Origin: Methanothrix sp.
GTDB lineage: Archaea; Halobacteriota; Methanosarcinia; Methanotrichales; Methanotrichaceae
DNA: 46,714 bases
Direction: 5' to 3'
NCBI GenBank assembly: GCA_037128175.1
Contig: JBAXWY010000020.1
Span: 1-46,714, forward strand
This document shows, in pieces, positions 28,380 to 37,271 of this stretch. The first letter of the stretch is position 1. Every line of letters starts with the position of its first letter. A program made the position numbers and the translations under genes. Under the pieces are notes generated by a model, which searched no databases, was not told where the DNA came from, and saw nothing but the letters and a program-made list of their open reading frames with translations.

Positions 28380-28625
28380 ATGACCGCTCCCGTCATCCAC
28401 TCCATCACCGTCTCCTCGCCGCGTGGGCTCGCTCCCGCCGCTGCCCGACGTCCCCCACGGCTCGCTCGTGATCGTGGAGGGCCGCGCTCCGGGGGTCGGA
28501 CAATGGCTCTGCACAGGCTTCACGGTTCGCCTGCGGCAGCCCGGGCAGCCGATCCGCGCCTTGGGTCAGTGGTGGTGGCCAGCCATAGTCGGGAGTGGCA
28601 GGTGGGCCCCGGTGGTGGATGTGAC
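28380..28625 (+). pseudogene. csx3: frameshifted second copy of csx3
   Basis: Collinear nucleotide similarity to 27352-27615 with several indels; MTAPVIHSI, LPDVPHGSLVIVEGRAP and DPRLGSVVVASHSREWQVG fall in different frames. Confidence 0.9.
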
Positions 28626-28775
28626 TATATCAAAACCAGTAGCAGAGTTAGGGTGATGCAACAAACAAAGGAAAAGGCTACCAGCTCTTGAAAGAACTCT
28701 GTTTCGATTCGGATCATTATAAATTAGAGGAGGTCGATCCACGCGACATCCATGAGATTCGCATCAAAATGAGGG

Positions 28776-28886
28776 GCTGCAAGACAGCGCATGGGTATCT
28801 CCGACGGCCTGGTGAGGGTTTCTGTGGGCATTGAGGACAAAGAGGACATTCTGGCCGACTTTGCTCAGGGGCTGGCCAAAATTTAA
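28776..28886 (+). pseudogene. 3' remnant of a Cys/Met-metabolism PLP enzyme (MetB/MetC/Mgl family)
   Basis: Manual translation [36 protein letters not shown]. Confidence 0.8.
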
Positions 28887-28939
28887 GTAACCAAAAGCAA
28901 CTTAAAGAGGTAACTAATTAATAATGTGCGAAGGAAAAT

Positions 28940-30313
28940 ATGACCGAAAAGTCTTGCAGGTATTTACGGGTATTGATACTCCTTATTTTACTTAGCTTCT
29001 TTTGTATTGTTCCGACCATTGCGGAAAATTCGAATGTTTATTGGGCCCCATGGGTAACAAAAACCACGACAGATTCTGCCACCATCAACTGGCGAGGAGA
29101 AAGCGATGTTTCGGACTCAATAGACTATGCCACGTCGAGCTATTTTGACCAGCATCATAGTTTTGAAAAAACGATCGCATATCATGCAACGGCCCCGTAT
29201 AAACATGTGGAGCTTAACGGCCTTGAACCAAATACATCGTACACCTACCGGGTAAGACCTTCAGGCGATGAGTTTGCATTTGGCGACCGCACCTTCCAAA
29301 CGATGCCGGTCAGTGGTCCGTTTACCTTTATTGTGATCAGCGACTCGCAGGAAGGTCATAATTATACTGAGATGAAACGGTTCAGATACGTAGCAGAGGC
29401 TATCGCAAATGAAACTGATGTGCTTTTTATCCTGCACGGTGGGGATTATGCCGGGCATGATAGTAAGGATTTATGGGGTAAATTCTTCCAGGCTGGCGAC
29501 GAAATGATCGCAAAATTTGCAATCTTTACCACGATCGGAAACCATGAATATCATAATTCATCGGGTGTTACACCGACTGCCGCTGATCAATACCATTGGG
29601 CATTTGACAACCCCCTGAACTATTTCTTTGACTGTGCTGGTATCCGGTTTATCATTTTGGATACTCCTGATCCGAATAATGCCAGTAGCGATGATCCGCA
29701 TACCTCCTTGGCCCTCACAAAGAGTCAGGAATCCTGGCTAAGAGATAAGCTGGACAATACCATGTTAGGAACATTTACCATACATCACCATCCTATCTGG
29801 GATTATGGCCGGACTACAATTAATTCTGATCTTGAGCCATGGGAAACCCTGTATCATACCTACAATATCAGCGCTAATTTCGCAGGCCATACCCATAATT
29901 ACCAGAGATATCAAGTGAATGCGATTCCCTATTTCATTGTCGGCAATGCCGGAGGTAGGTTCTCTGACCTTACTGGTGGGAACCATTCGGTTTGGTACAG
30001 GTTCGGACAGACGAGGGAGCTAGGGTACCTTAAGGTCACTGTAGATCCGGCACACAATACAGCAACCGCACAAGAGATTTTCGTCGCCCAAGTTAACGAG
30101 GATGATGACGATGAGACACCTATGGTCTATGATCCGCCGAAGATCGCGGATGCGATAACATTCCCCCTCAAGTCTCTCTTCCCAACACGAAAGTTGGAAA
30201 CATGGGATATTAAGCAGATCCTCATCAAAAATCAGACTGCGGTTTCGTGGGGTAGCGGAGCTGCTGTGAACAACGTCAATTTAAAATATAATAGTGCAGC
30301 GAGGCCGAAATAG
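28940..30313 (+). CDS. secreted purple-acid-phosphatase-like metallophosphoesterase with FN3-like N-domain
   Basis: Signal peptide; LEPNTSYTYRV; ISDSQ, HGGDY, GNHE, HHP, GHTHNYQR. Confidence 0.88.
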   Translation: MTEKSCRYLRVLILLILLSFFCIVPTIAENSNVYWAPWVTKTTTDSATINWRGESDVSDSIDYATSSYFDQHHSFEKTIAYHATAPYKHVELNGLEPNTSYTYRVRPSGDEFAFGDRTFQTMPVSGPFTFIVISDSQEGHNYTEMKRFRYVAEAIANETDVLFILHGGDYAGHDSKDLWGKFFQAGDEMIAKFAIFTTIGNHEYHNSSGVTPTAADQYHWAFDNPLNYFFDCAGIRFIILDTPDPNNASSDDPHTSLALTKSQESWLRDKLDNTMLGTFTIHHHPIWDYGRTTINSDLEPWETLYHTYNISANFAGHTHNYQRYQVNAIPYFIVGNAGGRFSDLTGGNHSVWYRFGQTRELGYLKVTVDPAHNTATAQEIFVAQVNEDDDDETPMVYDPPKIADAITFPLKSLFPTRKLETWDIKQILIKNQTAVSWGSGAAVNNVNLKYNSAARPK

Positions 30314-30386
30314 ACCAATGTTTTGACTTCGCGGCTTCGCGTGAAACCGGACCCGGTTGAATCTCACTCTCGCTTAAACCTTAAAC

Positions 30387-31064
30387 TCAAACCCCAATCT
30401 GCCCCTTCAGCCAATCCCAGCTATCTTTTGCCGCCCTGTCCAGCTCCTTTCCTGCCGACTCCTGCAGCCTGGGAAGCAGATCCTCTGTGAGATTCTTCTG
30501 TAATTCCTGACCCAGACGTTGCAACGGCTCGCTTTCTGCCAGCGAGCTTTGTCCGTTTCGCCAATCCTTGGGATCGAATTCGTTATTGGTGAAGTTCTCT
30601 AATTTGGCATGACCGCTATCCACTAAAAGACGATTGAAATTGGGAGCTGCTATTGGCTGGCCGTAGAATCCGGTGAGATAAGCCACAGAGATTAGCCTGC
30701 CGTAGCTATCCCGGCCGTTTGCTGAAAGATCATCGATGTCCAGGTAGACCCTTTTGTTCATGAGCAAGGCAAAGGTGAAATCTTTTGCTGCCGGCCCATT
30801 TTCCGATTCCATCTCGGGAGAGTCGACATCTGCCAAGCGAATTCTCTCCACACGGTAGGCTACTTTTGCACCGGCCTTCTCTATGGTAACGTCGAAGGTG
30901 TCGCCATCCACTACGTTTGTGACTATTCCGTAGGCCTCATCCTGGGCAGCCAGGGCGACTAATGGAAAGGTAATAAGCGAACTTGATATACAAAATAATA
31001 GTAGTAATAATATCGTTACTAATCTAGCTATGGTCCCTGCTCTGTAAATCGAGATGGAAATCAT
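30387..31064 (-). CDS. secreted thermonuclease (SNase-like) protein
   Basis: VVDGDT, IRLADVDSPE, DSYGRL; paralog of 2337-2936. Confidence 0.85.
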   Translation of the reverse strand: MISISIYRAGTIARLVTILLLLLFCISSSLITFPLVALAAQDEAYGIVTNVVDGDTFDVTIEKAGAKVAYRVERIRLADVDSPEMESENGPAAKDFTFALLMNKRVYLDIDDLSANGRDSYGRLISVAYLTGFYGQPIAAPNFNRLLVDSGHAKLENFTNNEFDPKDWRNGQSSLAESEPLQRLGQELQKNLTEDLLPRLQESAGKELDRAAKDSWDWLKGQIGV

Positions 31065-31109
31065 GCGTTGACCCCTTTGATCTTATTGAGATTGCTATCG
31101 GATAGTGAC

Positions 31110-31487
31110 TTAAAGCTGCTGTACCATTATTTTGAGTGTCATAGATCTATTTATCGAACCGTTAATAGCCGTCAGCCTGTAAGTGGTGGTCTCAATCGGC
31201 TTAACCTGCATAAAGCCCTTGAGTTCTACCTCGCCAACTCCCTGGTCGATCTCCACCCGGGCAGCGCCGATCACGCTCCAGCTTAAGTTGGAGCCGTCCC
31301 CAGGGCTTACCACTACGGGATCGGCACGAAAGGACTCAATTATGGGATAGGGGGATCCGAAGACGTTGAGGGCCAGCAGGCCCCCGCCAAGGATAGCCGC
31401 CAGGAGCATGATCCATATCGCAATTCCCTTAGGTGTTTTCCAGAACGACTTTTGCTTTTCCCAGTAGTTCTTCTTTTCAGCCATCAT
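31110..31487 (-). CDS. membrane-anchored Ig/PKD-like beta-sandwich protein
   Basis: N-terminal TM; IESFRADP...LSWSV...TTTYRLTA. Confidence 0.65.
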   Translation of the reverse strand: MMAEKKNYWEKQKSFWKTPKGIAIWIMLLAAILGGGLLALNVFGSPYPIIESFRADPVVVSPGDGSNLSWSVIGAARVEIDQGVGEVELKGFMQVKPIETTTYRLTAINGSINRSMTLKIMVQQL

Positions 31488-31504
31488 AAATATACTCTAC
31501 TGTA

Positions 31505-32014
31505 TCAGCATATCTCAGTCTTATGCTCACGCCGAGCTATCTTATATTGACCGGGGCATTGGTCACAGATCACATTCAGCCCTCGGATCTGCTCGCAGGC
31601 TAAAGATCCCTGACCCTTTCTTCGGTAGATATTATCTAACAGGCTGTCCACCACACTTGAGTTTGCTTTTGCCTGGAGCAGGATTTGTCTTGATTCTTGA
31701 AGAGCGAAGCCTGCGTCCTTCAGTTCAAATCCCAGTGCCATTCCGGTCTTCCATCCGGCAGGGGCAAGGTCTACTTCCCCGGAGAGAAGCATCCTCAAAA
31801 AGCAACTGCGAAGATTGGGTGATCGGATCAAATCGAATTGCTTTCTCACATTGGTCCTCAGATCATCTAAGGAGACGTGCCGTTCTTCCAGGCAAGAAGT
31901 GCACAGCTTCATCTCGTCCGTGCGAGATTCTGCCTTTGAGGCTAAAGAGGAGCTGCCACAATTGGCGCACGAACCTGACGAATAGTGCACCTTCTTTTCA
32001 TTTAAGAAATCCAT
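31505..32014 (-). CDS. Cys-rich hypothetical protein (zinc finger plus possible PriL-CTD-like domain)
   Basis: CANC...CTSC; LRSCFL...SLACEQIRGLNVICDQCP. Confidence 0.55.
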   Translation of the reverse strand: MDFLNEKKVHYSSGSCANCGSSSLASKAESRTDEMKLCTSCLEERHVSLDDLRTNVRKQFDLIRSPNLRSCFLRMLLSGEVDLAPAGWKTGMALGFELKDAGFALQESRQILLQAKANSSVVDSLLDNIYRRKGQGSLACEQIRGLNVICDQCPGQYKIARREHKTEIC

Positions 32015-32184
32015 GTAGCCCTCAAATCGCGTAGTTCAACAACTCTGGTCTGCAGAGATTTCACACTCACATTATGAACTAAGGCTGCAGCTATAAGGTC
32101 TCCGTATCCGTCTGCTGCCTCTTTGAGAATATCATCCATGATTTCATCATCTACGATTTTTTTTGTAAATTGCATTGCTATCAC
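32002..32184 (-). CDS. small hypothetical protein
   Basis: 60-aa ORF overlapping the start of the downstream gene. Confidence 0.35.
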   Translation of the reverse strand: MIAMQFTKKIVDDEIMDDILKEAADGYGDLIAAALVHNVSVKSLQTRVVELRDLRATWIS

Positions 32185-32287
32185 TATTTCTTTCTAATAT
32201 TAAATTATTATCCTGTCATAAGCATTTTCCGCGGAAGATCCTGGACCAAGAGAAGTCAGTTATCTGCCACACAAGGTTTTGGAAATC

Positions 32288-32324
32288 AAAAAAATGCAGG
32301 AACCTATTTCTTGGCCCTGCTTTT
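32288..32324 (-). terminator. putative hairpin plus oligo-T terminator
   Basis: On the minus strand GCAGG...CCTGC followed by A-T7, just downstream of the CxxC-x17-CxxC gene. Confidence 0.4.
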
Positions 32325-32350
32325 ATCTGATCAAATAATTATCAAACAAC

Positions 32351-32554
32351 TTAGTATCTTCTGGGTGGCCTGGAGGCACCGGCTGGTCTTGCAGGCTTGT
32401 GCTTCTGGTAGCAATCGCTGCAGTACACGGGCCTGGATCCATCGGGCTTGAAGGGAACTTGACATGTCTTTCCGCACTCTGCGCAGGTGGCATCGTGCAT
32501 CTCTCTGGGGCCGCTGCTAAAGCCGCCTCTGCTACCGCTTCCATATCTTTCCAT
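32351..32554 (-). CDS. CxxC-x17-CxxC zinc-ribbon protein
   Basis: PREMHDATCAECGKTCQVPFKPDGSRPVYCSDCY. Confidence 0.9.
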   Translation of the reverse strand: MERYGSGSRGGFSSGPREMHDATCAECGKTCQVPFKPDGSRPVYCSDCYQKHKPARPAGASRPPRRY

Positions 32555-32706
32555 TTTAACTCACTTACCGTTTTATCGACTCAAAGAATCGACTTATGCC
32601 ACAAAAACATCTCAGGAAATGTCCCTTGAATCGATGCCATTGCAACCTTACCTACACACCGATACAAGTATATATACGTGTTGGTCAACAGGCATTCTAC
32701 TTTCAA

Positions 32707-33564
32707 CTATTCAAAAGGCACTCTTTGCTTAGCAAGCGATTCATTTTCCATCTTTTTCAGGGCATTTCTGGTGTGATTCAGGAATAGGGAAACGATCTCC
32801 CCTCTCTCACCTAGGCCGTGCCGATCAACCACAACTTCATAGCCCTCCTTTTCCAGGGTGCTCTTCCAGGACAGAGGGCTCTGGCCAAAGATATCGTTTT
32901 CTGCGTGTCCTCCCGCCACAAGCAAGAAGGGCAAGAGCCGCACAATTTTCACCCCCGAGCCCTTCAGCTCGGGCAAAATCTCGGTAAGACTGGCAAAGCC
33001 TTCCATAGTGCCCAGGAAGACATTCTTGTGATCTTTTTTCAATACCATGGACATGAGAGAGTAAAGAGCATCGGCAGGGTGGCCCGTGCCGTGGCCCACC
33101 AGGAGCACCGCCTCTTTCTCCGGGTCCCGGCGATATGCGGGCCCGCTGCAAAAGGCGGGCAAGAGGGATGAGACCCTTCGGCAGTCCGGCAGGTCCGATA
33201 GCAGAGGCAAACCGATCTCCAGGCTCGAAAATGCTGGCTTTGTGCCCTTCCATCCCTGTACCAGCGCTGCCACCTGGTGAAACTCAACTCCTGGCACGAT
33301 CTGCAGGGATTGGACGACCACGCTCTCAGATCCCAGGCCGCATAGCTCCTCGCGTGCTGCCGAAAGGCTCTGGACGCGGATGCCAACATTTTCTTGCAGC
33401 CTTTTCCTCATGAGATGCGAGGTGATGGCCAGCCGGACCGGAGAGCCGGGAAATATGTGCTCATAAGCTTTTCGGATTTGGTCATAGGTGGCCAGGGCAG
33501 GAAGAAAGAGAGTGCCATAGGCGGCAAGGATAATTCCGATTGGCATCAAATCCGCTCCATTCAA
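32707..33564 (-). CDS. cbiK: sirohydrochlorin cobaltochelatase (CbiK-type)
   Basis: LAAYGT, VQSLQIVPGVEF, VGHGTGH, PFLLVAGGHAEND, GLGE. Confidence 0.8.
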   Translation of the reverse strand: MNGADLMPIGIILAAYGTLFLPALATYDQIRKAYEHIFPGSPVRLAITSHLMRKRLQENVGIRVQSLSAAREELCGLGSESVVVQSLQIVPGVEFHQVAALVQGWKGTKPAFSSLEIGLPLLSDLPDCRRVSSLLPAFCSGPAYRRDPEKEAVLLVGHGTGHPADALYSLMSMVLKKDHKNVFLGTMEGFASLTEILPELKGSGVKIVRLLPFLLVAGGHAENDIFGQSPLSWKSTLEKEGYEVVVDRHGLGERGEIVSLFLNHTRNALKKMENESLAKQRVPFE

Positions 33565-33567
33565 TAC

Positions 33568-34380
33568 TCACGCCCGCGGATACGATCCCAGCACCCGGAT
33601 CATGGCAGCTTTTTCTTTTATGGCGGCTATTGCCAGCGTTACTACTTTGTCATCCACATGCCCTTCCAGGTCGATGTAAAAGTAGTAATCTCCGAGGCCC
33701 TTGCGACTGGGGCGTGACTCTATTCTGGTCAAATTGATACTATGCCTGGCAAACTCCTCTAAAATGGAGAAGAGCGCACCGGGACGATCCTTATCCAGGT
33801 AAACGACCAGTGAGGTTTTGTCCCGTCCGGTGGCTACGGCCATCTTCCTTGAAGCCACAATAAAACGGGTTACATTGTCGCTTGCATCCTGAATCTCTCT
33901 GGCCAGGATCTGCAATCCATATTTCAGAGCTGTGTCAGCTCCTGCTACCGCGGCAGTCTCCGGGAACTCCTGGGCCAGGCGGGCGGCATGACTGGTGGAG
34001 CCAGTGGTCCTGATCTCGGCCTCTGGATAGTGCTCGCGTAAATACTGCCGGCACTGGGCCAGCGCCTGGGGATGGGAGAGGATGACCTTGACGTCTCCAC
34101 CCTGGCCCACCAGGCAGTGTCTGATGGGAACGTTCACCTCCCCCACAATCACAACATCCAGTCTCAAGAGCAGATCCATAACGGTGGTTACTGCTCCCTC
34201 CAGGCTGTTTTCTACAGGGACGATGCCCGCTTCCAGCCGGCCGGCCGCAGCCGCCTCCAGCACACCCTCAAAGTCATTAAAATAGACGATGCTGGCCTGT
34301 GGCCTGCCTTTAATCCAGAGAAGAGCCGCCTTTTCCGAATAAGTTCCCTCCGGCCCCAGAGCACCAATCCTGTAGCTCAA
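33568..34380 (-). CDS. pheA: prephenate dehydratase with ACT domain
   Basis: LGPEGTYSE, PVENSLEG, SHPQALAQC, NVTRF, LTRIESRP. Confidence 0.95.
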   Translation of the reverse strand: MSYRIGALGPEGTYSEKAALLWIKGRPQASIVYFNDFEGVLEAAAAGRLEAGIVPVENSLEGAVTTVMDLLLRLDVVIVGEVNVPIRHCLVGQGGDVKVILSHPQALAQCRQYLREHYPEAEIRTTGSTSHAARLAQEFPETAAVAGADTALKYGLQILAREIQDASDNVTRFIVASRKMAVATGRDKTSLVVYLDKDRPGALFSILEEFARHSINLTRIESRPSRKGLGDYYFYIDLEGHVDDKVVTLAIAAIKEKAAMIRVLGSYPRA

Positions 34381-35648
34381 GTTATCTCCTTTGCTTTTTC
34401 ATCCAGTTCAGCCATCAGTTCCACGGCTCTATCCACGCTTATCCTGCGCTCGGCAGCCATGCGGGCGGCGATGATCTCAATCAGATCGCACTTAGCCCCT
34501 GCCTGCACAGCCACGTTCTTGGCGTGCAAAGACATGTGCCCTCTCTGAATGCCCTCTGAGGCCAGGGCCCGCAGCGCTGCAAAGTTCTGGCACAGGCCCA
34601 CCGAGGCGATGATGCGGGAGAGTTCGTCTGCGCTCTTAACGCCCAGAATTTTCACGGCCGTCTTGGCCACAGGATGAACGCGCGTCGCTCCGCCCACCAG
34701 GCCTACGGCCACGGGCATCTCAATAGTACCCACGAGGTCTCCATCCCTGTTCTTCTCATAACGGGTTAAAGATTTGTAGCGTCCGGCGACCGATGCAAAG
34801 GCATGCGCTCCGGCCTCCACTGCCCTGGTATCGTTTCCAGTGGCCAGCACCACGGCCGTCACTCCATTCATGATGCCCTTGTTGTGGGTCGCGGCGCGGT
34901 AGGGGTCAACCTCTGCCAGCTCTGCCGCCAGGAGTATTCCATCCACTACCTCATGGCCGCCGATCTCCTCTGCCTTGAAGACCGCCTTTGACCGAACCAG
35001 GCGAAGATCGGCCAGATTGGAGATGATGCGCAGATACACCCGCCCGCCGGTGATCTGTTCGATGCGCGGTGCGAGCGCTTCGGCCATGGTATTGACGGCG
35101 TTGGCGCCCATGGCATCCCGGCAGTCCACGATGAGATGGGTCACAACCATCGGTCCCATCTTGGAGTCAATGACATAGACCTCGATATCCTTGACACCGC
35201 CCCCGTACTTGACCAGCATGGGATCTTTGTCGTTGGCCATCCTCATCAGATCGTCTTTATGAAGCAGAATCGCCTGGCGGGCCGCAAAGGGATCACCAAT
35301 TCCCGTGGCCTGAATCAGGGCGCGCATGACGGGCCCCGTGCTGGAGGTAAAAAAGCCGCCCGTTTCCCGTGCCATTCTTGCGCCGTTGCTGGCCGCGGCG
35401 ATGACGGAAGGCTCCTCGGTGGCCATGGGTATGAGCACCTCTCTGCCATCTATGACAAAGTTGGTGGCGATTCCCAGCGGCACCTGGAACATGCCTATCA
35501 CATTCTCCGTCATCTTGTCTGCCTGGTCAAGAAGAAGGCCCGTCTGCACCTGGGCTATCTCTTCCGGCCCCAACGCGGCCTGCTCGGCTACGGCCAAAAG
35601 CCTCTCGGAGGGAGCAAGCTTGTAAAATCCCGATATTCTGGAAGTCAT
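34377..35648 (-). CDS. mvaA: class II HMG-CoA reductase
   Basis: ENVIG, PMATEEPSVIAA, DAMGANAVN, RAATHNKGIMNG, GIQRGHMSLH; start placed at MTSRISGFYKL. Confidence 0.92.
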   Translation of the reverse strand: MTSRISGFYKLAPSERLLAVAEQAALGPEEIAQVQTGLLLDQADKMTENVIGMFQVPLGIATNFVIDGREVLIPMATEEPSVIAAASNGARMARETGGFFTSSTGPVMRALIQATGIGDPFAARQAILLHKDDLMRMANDKDPMLVKYGGGVKDIEVYVIDSKMGPMVVTHLIVDCRDAMGANAVNTMAEALAPRIEQITGGRVYLRIISNLADLRLVRSKAVFKAEEIGGHEVVDGILLAAELAEVDPYRAATHNKGIMNGVTAVVLATGNDTRAVEAGAHAFASVAGRYKSLTRYEKNRDGDLVGTIEMPVAVGLVGGATRVHPVAKTAVKILGVKSADELSRIIASVGLCQNFAALRALASEGIQRGHMSLHAKNVAVQAGAKCDLIEIIAARMAAERRISVDRAVELMAELDEKAKEIT

Positions 35649-35705
35649 AGATCTCAGTTCCTTTGGAAGGGGAAAAACTTTATTCCAGCCGATGGATTTA
35701 TTTTT

Positions 35706-37241
35706 ATGGTCCAATCTTCTTCTTTTCCCATTGCAAGAGATATTCTAAAGCTGGAAAGCATTGTGGGAAGGCTCAGTCCCGTGCAAAAGATGTTGCTTGG
35801 GACTGATGGGTCCGTGACCAGCCTGCTGGAAGTTGTCACAGGTTGCCCAGTTGAGATTGAGACTCTGATGCAGAAGGTAGTGCCGGCAGATGAGGTTGTC
35901 GCAAAAGAGCTTCAAGTAAACCCTGGAGAGGAGGTCAATTTCAGGGTAGTGCTTTTGAAGACGGCAAACAGCCAGGAGGCGCTGGTCTATGCAGTCTCGC
36001 ATACGCCCTTAAAAAGGCTCGATGCGAGCTTTAAAGATGACCTTACAAAGGCCGATATTCCCATAGGAGTTATCCTGAAAAAACACCGCATCGAATCGCG
36101 GCGCGATATTACAAGCACCGCATTTTTGCCTGCCGACCCGGAGCATTGCCAGGCTTTTGGCGTCTTTGCTCGCGAGATTATGCTCACGAGATGCTATAAG
36201 ATAATTCGCCATGGCCAGCCGCTCATCGCCATCAAGGAGGCATTTCCCTACAATAGTTTCCGAGATGAGCGACGGGTTGTGATCCAGACGCCTTCCCGAT
36301 TGCATCTGACCCTGACCGATTTAACGGGCAGCAGCGGTCGCGTTGACGGCGGCGTGGGCGTCTCTTTAGATGAGCCGAACATATTGCTGGAGGCGGAGAG
36401 ATGCGAGGATCTGGTGGCAGTGGGAGAGAATGCAGATCGCGCTCTGGCTGCAGCCCGCGCGGTGCAAAAGCACCTGAATCTGGGCGGGGCGCGTCTGCAA
36501 ATCAGGAGCGGATACAGAATGCATGTGGGTCTGGGCGGGGGAACGCAACTAGGCATTGCCGCAGGAAAGGCGCTTTGTGAGCTCTATAACAGGCAGCTCT
36601 CTGTGCGCGAGATCGCTCGCATCATTATGCGGGGTGGAACCAGCGGCATCGGCACGGCTGCCTTTGAGACGGGCGGCTTCTTAATAGACGGTGGGCATAG
36701 CTATGGACCGGGAAAAGACAAAATGAGTTTTTCCCCCTCGGCTGCCTGCGGCGGCGTGCGGCCGGCGGCGGTAACTGTGCGCCACGAATTTCCTCGTGAC
36801 TGGAAGATCATCCTGGCCCTGCCCGAAGTCGCCGCGGGCGCTCATGGAAAGAAGGAAGTTGACATATTCCGGGATTACTGCCCGCTGCCCATAGCCGAGG
36901 TGCATGAGCTATGCTACCAGATCCTGGTGCGCATGGTGCCCTCTTTAGTGGAAGAGAGCCTGGATGATTTCGGAGCGGCCGTTAACCGAGTGCAGGAGAT
37001 CGGCTTCAAGAAGATTGAAGTAATGCTGCAGCATCCCGTTGTTCACCGGCTGATGGCCTCCATGAGAGAAGCGGGAGCTGCCTGTGCGGGACTCAGTTCC
37101 TTTGGGCCGGTCGTGTACGCCATAACGGATACAGAAGGGCGGGATATTGAGGCCGCCGCGAGCGAGGCCATGAGGGATGTGGGTGGAGAGGTTCTCATCA
37201 CTCGCGCCAGAAATGAGGGTGCGAGGGTAAGAACTGCCTAG
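35706..37241 (+). CDS. mptG: chorismate pyruvate-lyase-like (DUF98) fused to beta-RFAP synthase (GHMP fold)
   Basis: N-terminal LLGTDGSVT..LE, ADIPIG; C-terminal TPSRLH, GRVDGGVG, HVGLGGGTQL, RGGTSGIG..AF..GGF, SSFGP; start placed at ATG 35706. Confidence 0.85.
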   Translation: MVQSSSFPIARDILKLESIVGRLSPVQKMLLGTDGSVTSLLEVVTGCPVEIETLMQKVVPADEVVAKELQVNPGEEVNFRVVLLKTANSQEALVYAVSHTPLKRLDASFKDDLTKADIPIGVILKKHRIESRRDITSTAFLPADPEHCQAFGVFAREIMLTRCYKIIRHGQPLIAIKEAFPYNSFRDERRVVIQTPSRLHLTLTDLTGSSGRVDGGVGVSLDEPNILLEAERCEDLVAVGENADRALAAARAVQKHLNLGGARLQIRSGYRMHVGLGGGTQLGIAAGKALCELYNRQLSVREIARIIMRGGTSGIGTAAFETGGFLIDGGHSYGPGKDKMSFSPSAACGGVRPAAVTVRHEFPRDWKIILALPEVAAGAHGKKEVDIFRDYCPLPIAEVHELCYQILVRMVPSLVEESLDDFGAAVNRVQEIGFKKIEVMLQHPVVHRLMASMREAGAACAGLSSFGPVVYAITDTEGRDIEAAASEAMRDVGGEVLITRARNEGARVRTA

Positions 37242-37271
37242 CTATTCAAAATTATAGTGAGAGATGATTAA

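Noticed and set aside
35136-35705. 190-aa N-terminal extension of the 701-aa ORF
   Set aside because: Antisense shadow of HMG-CoA reductase; real homology starts at ATG 35706
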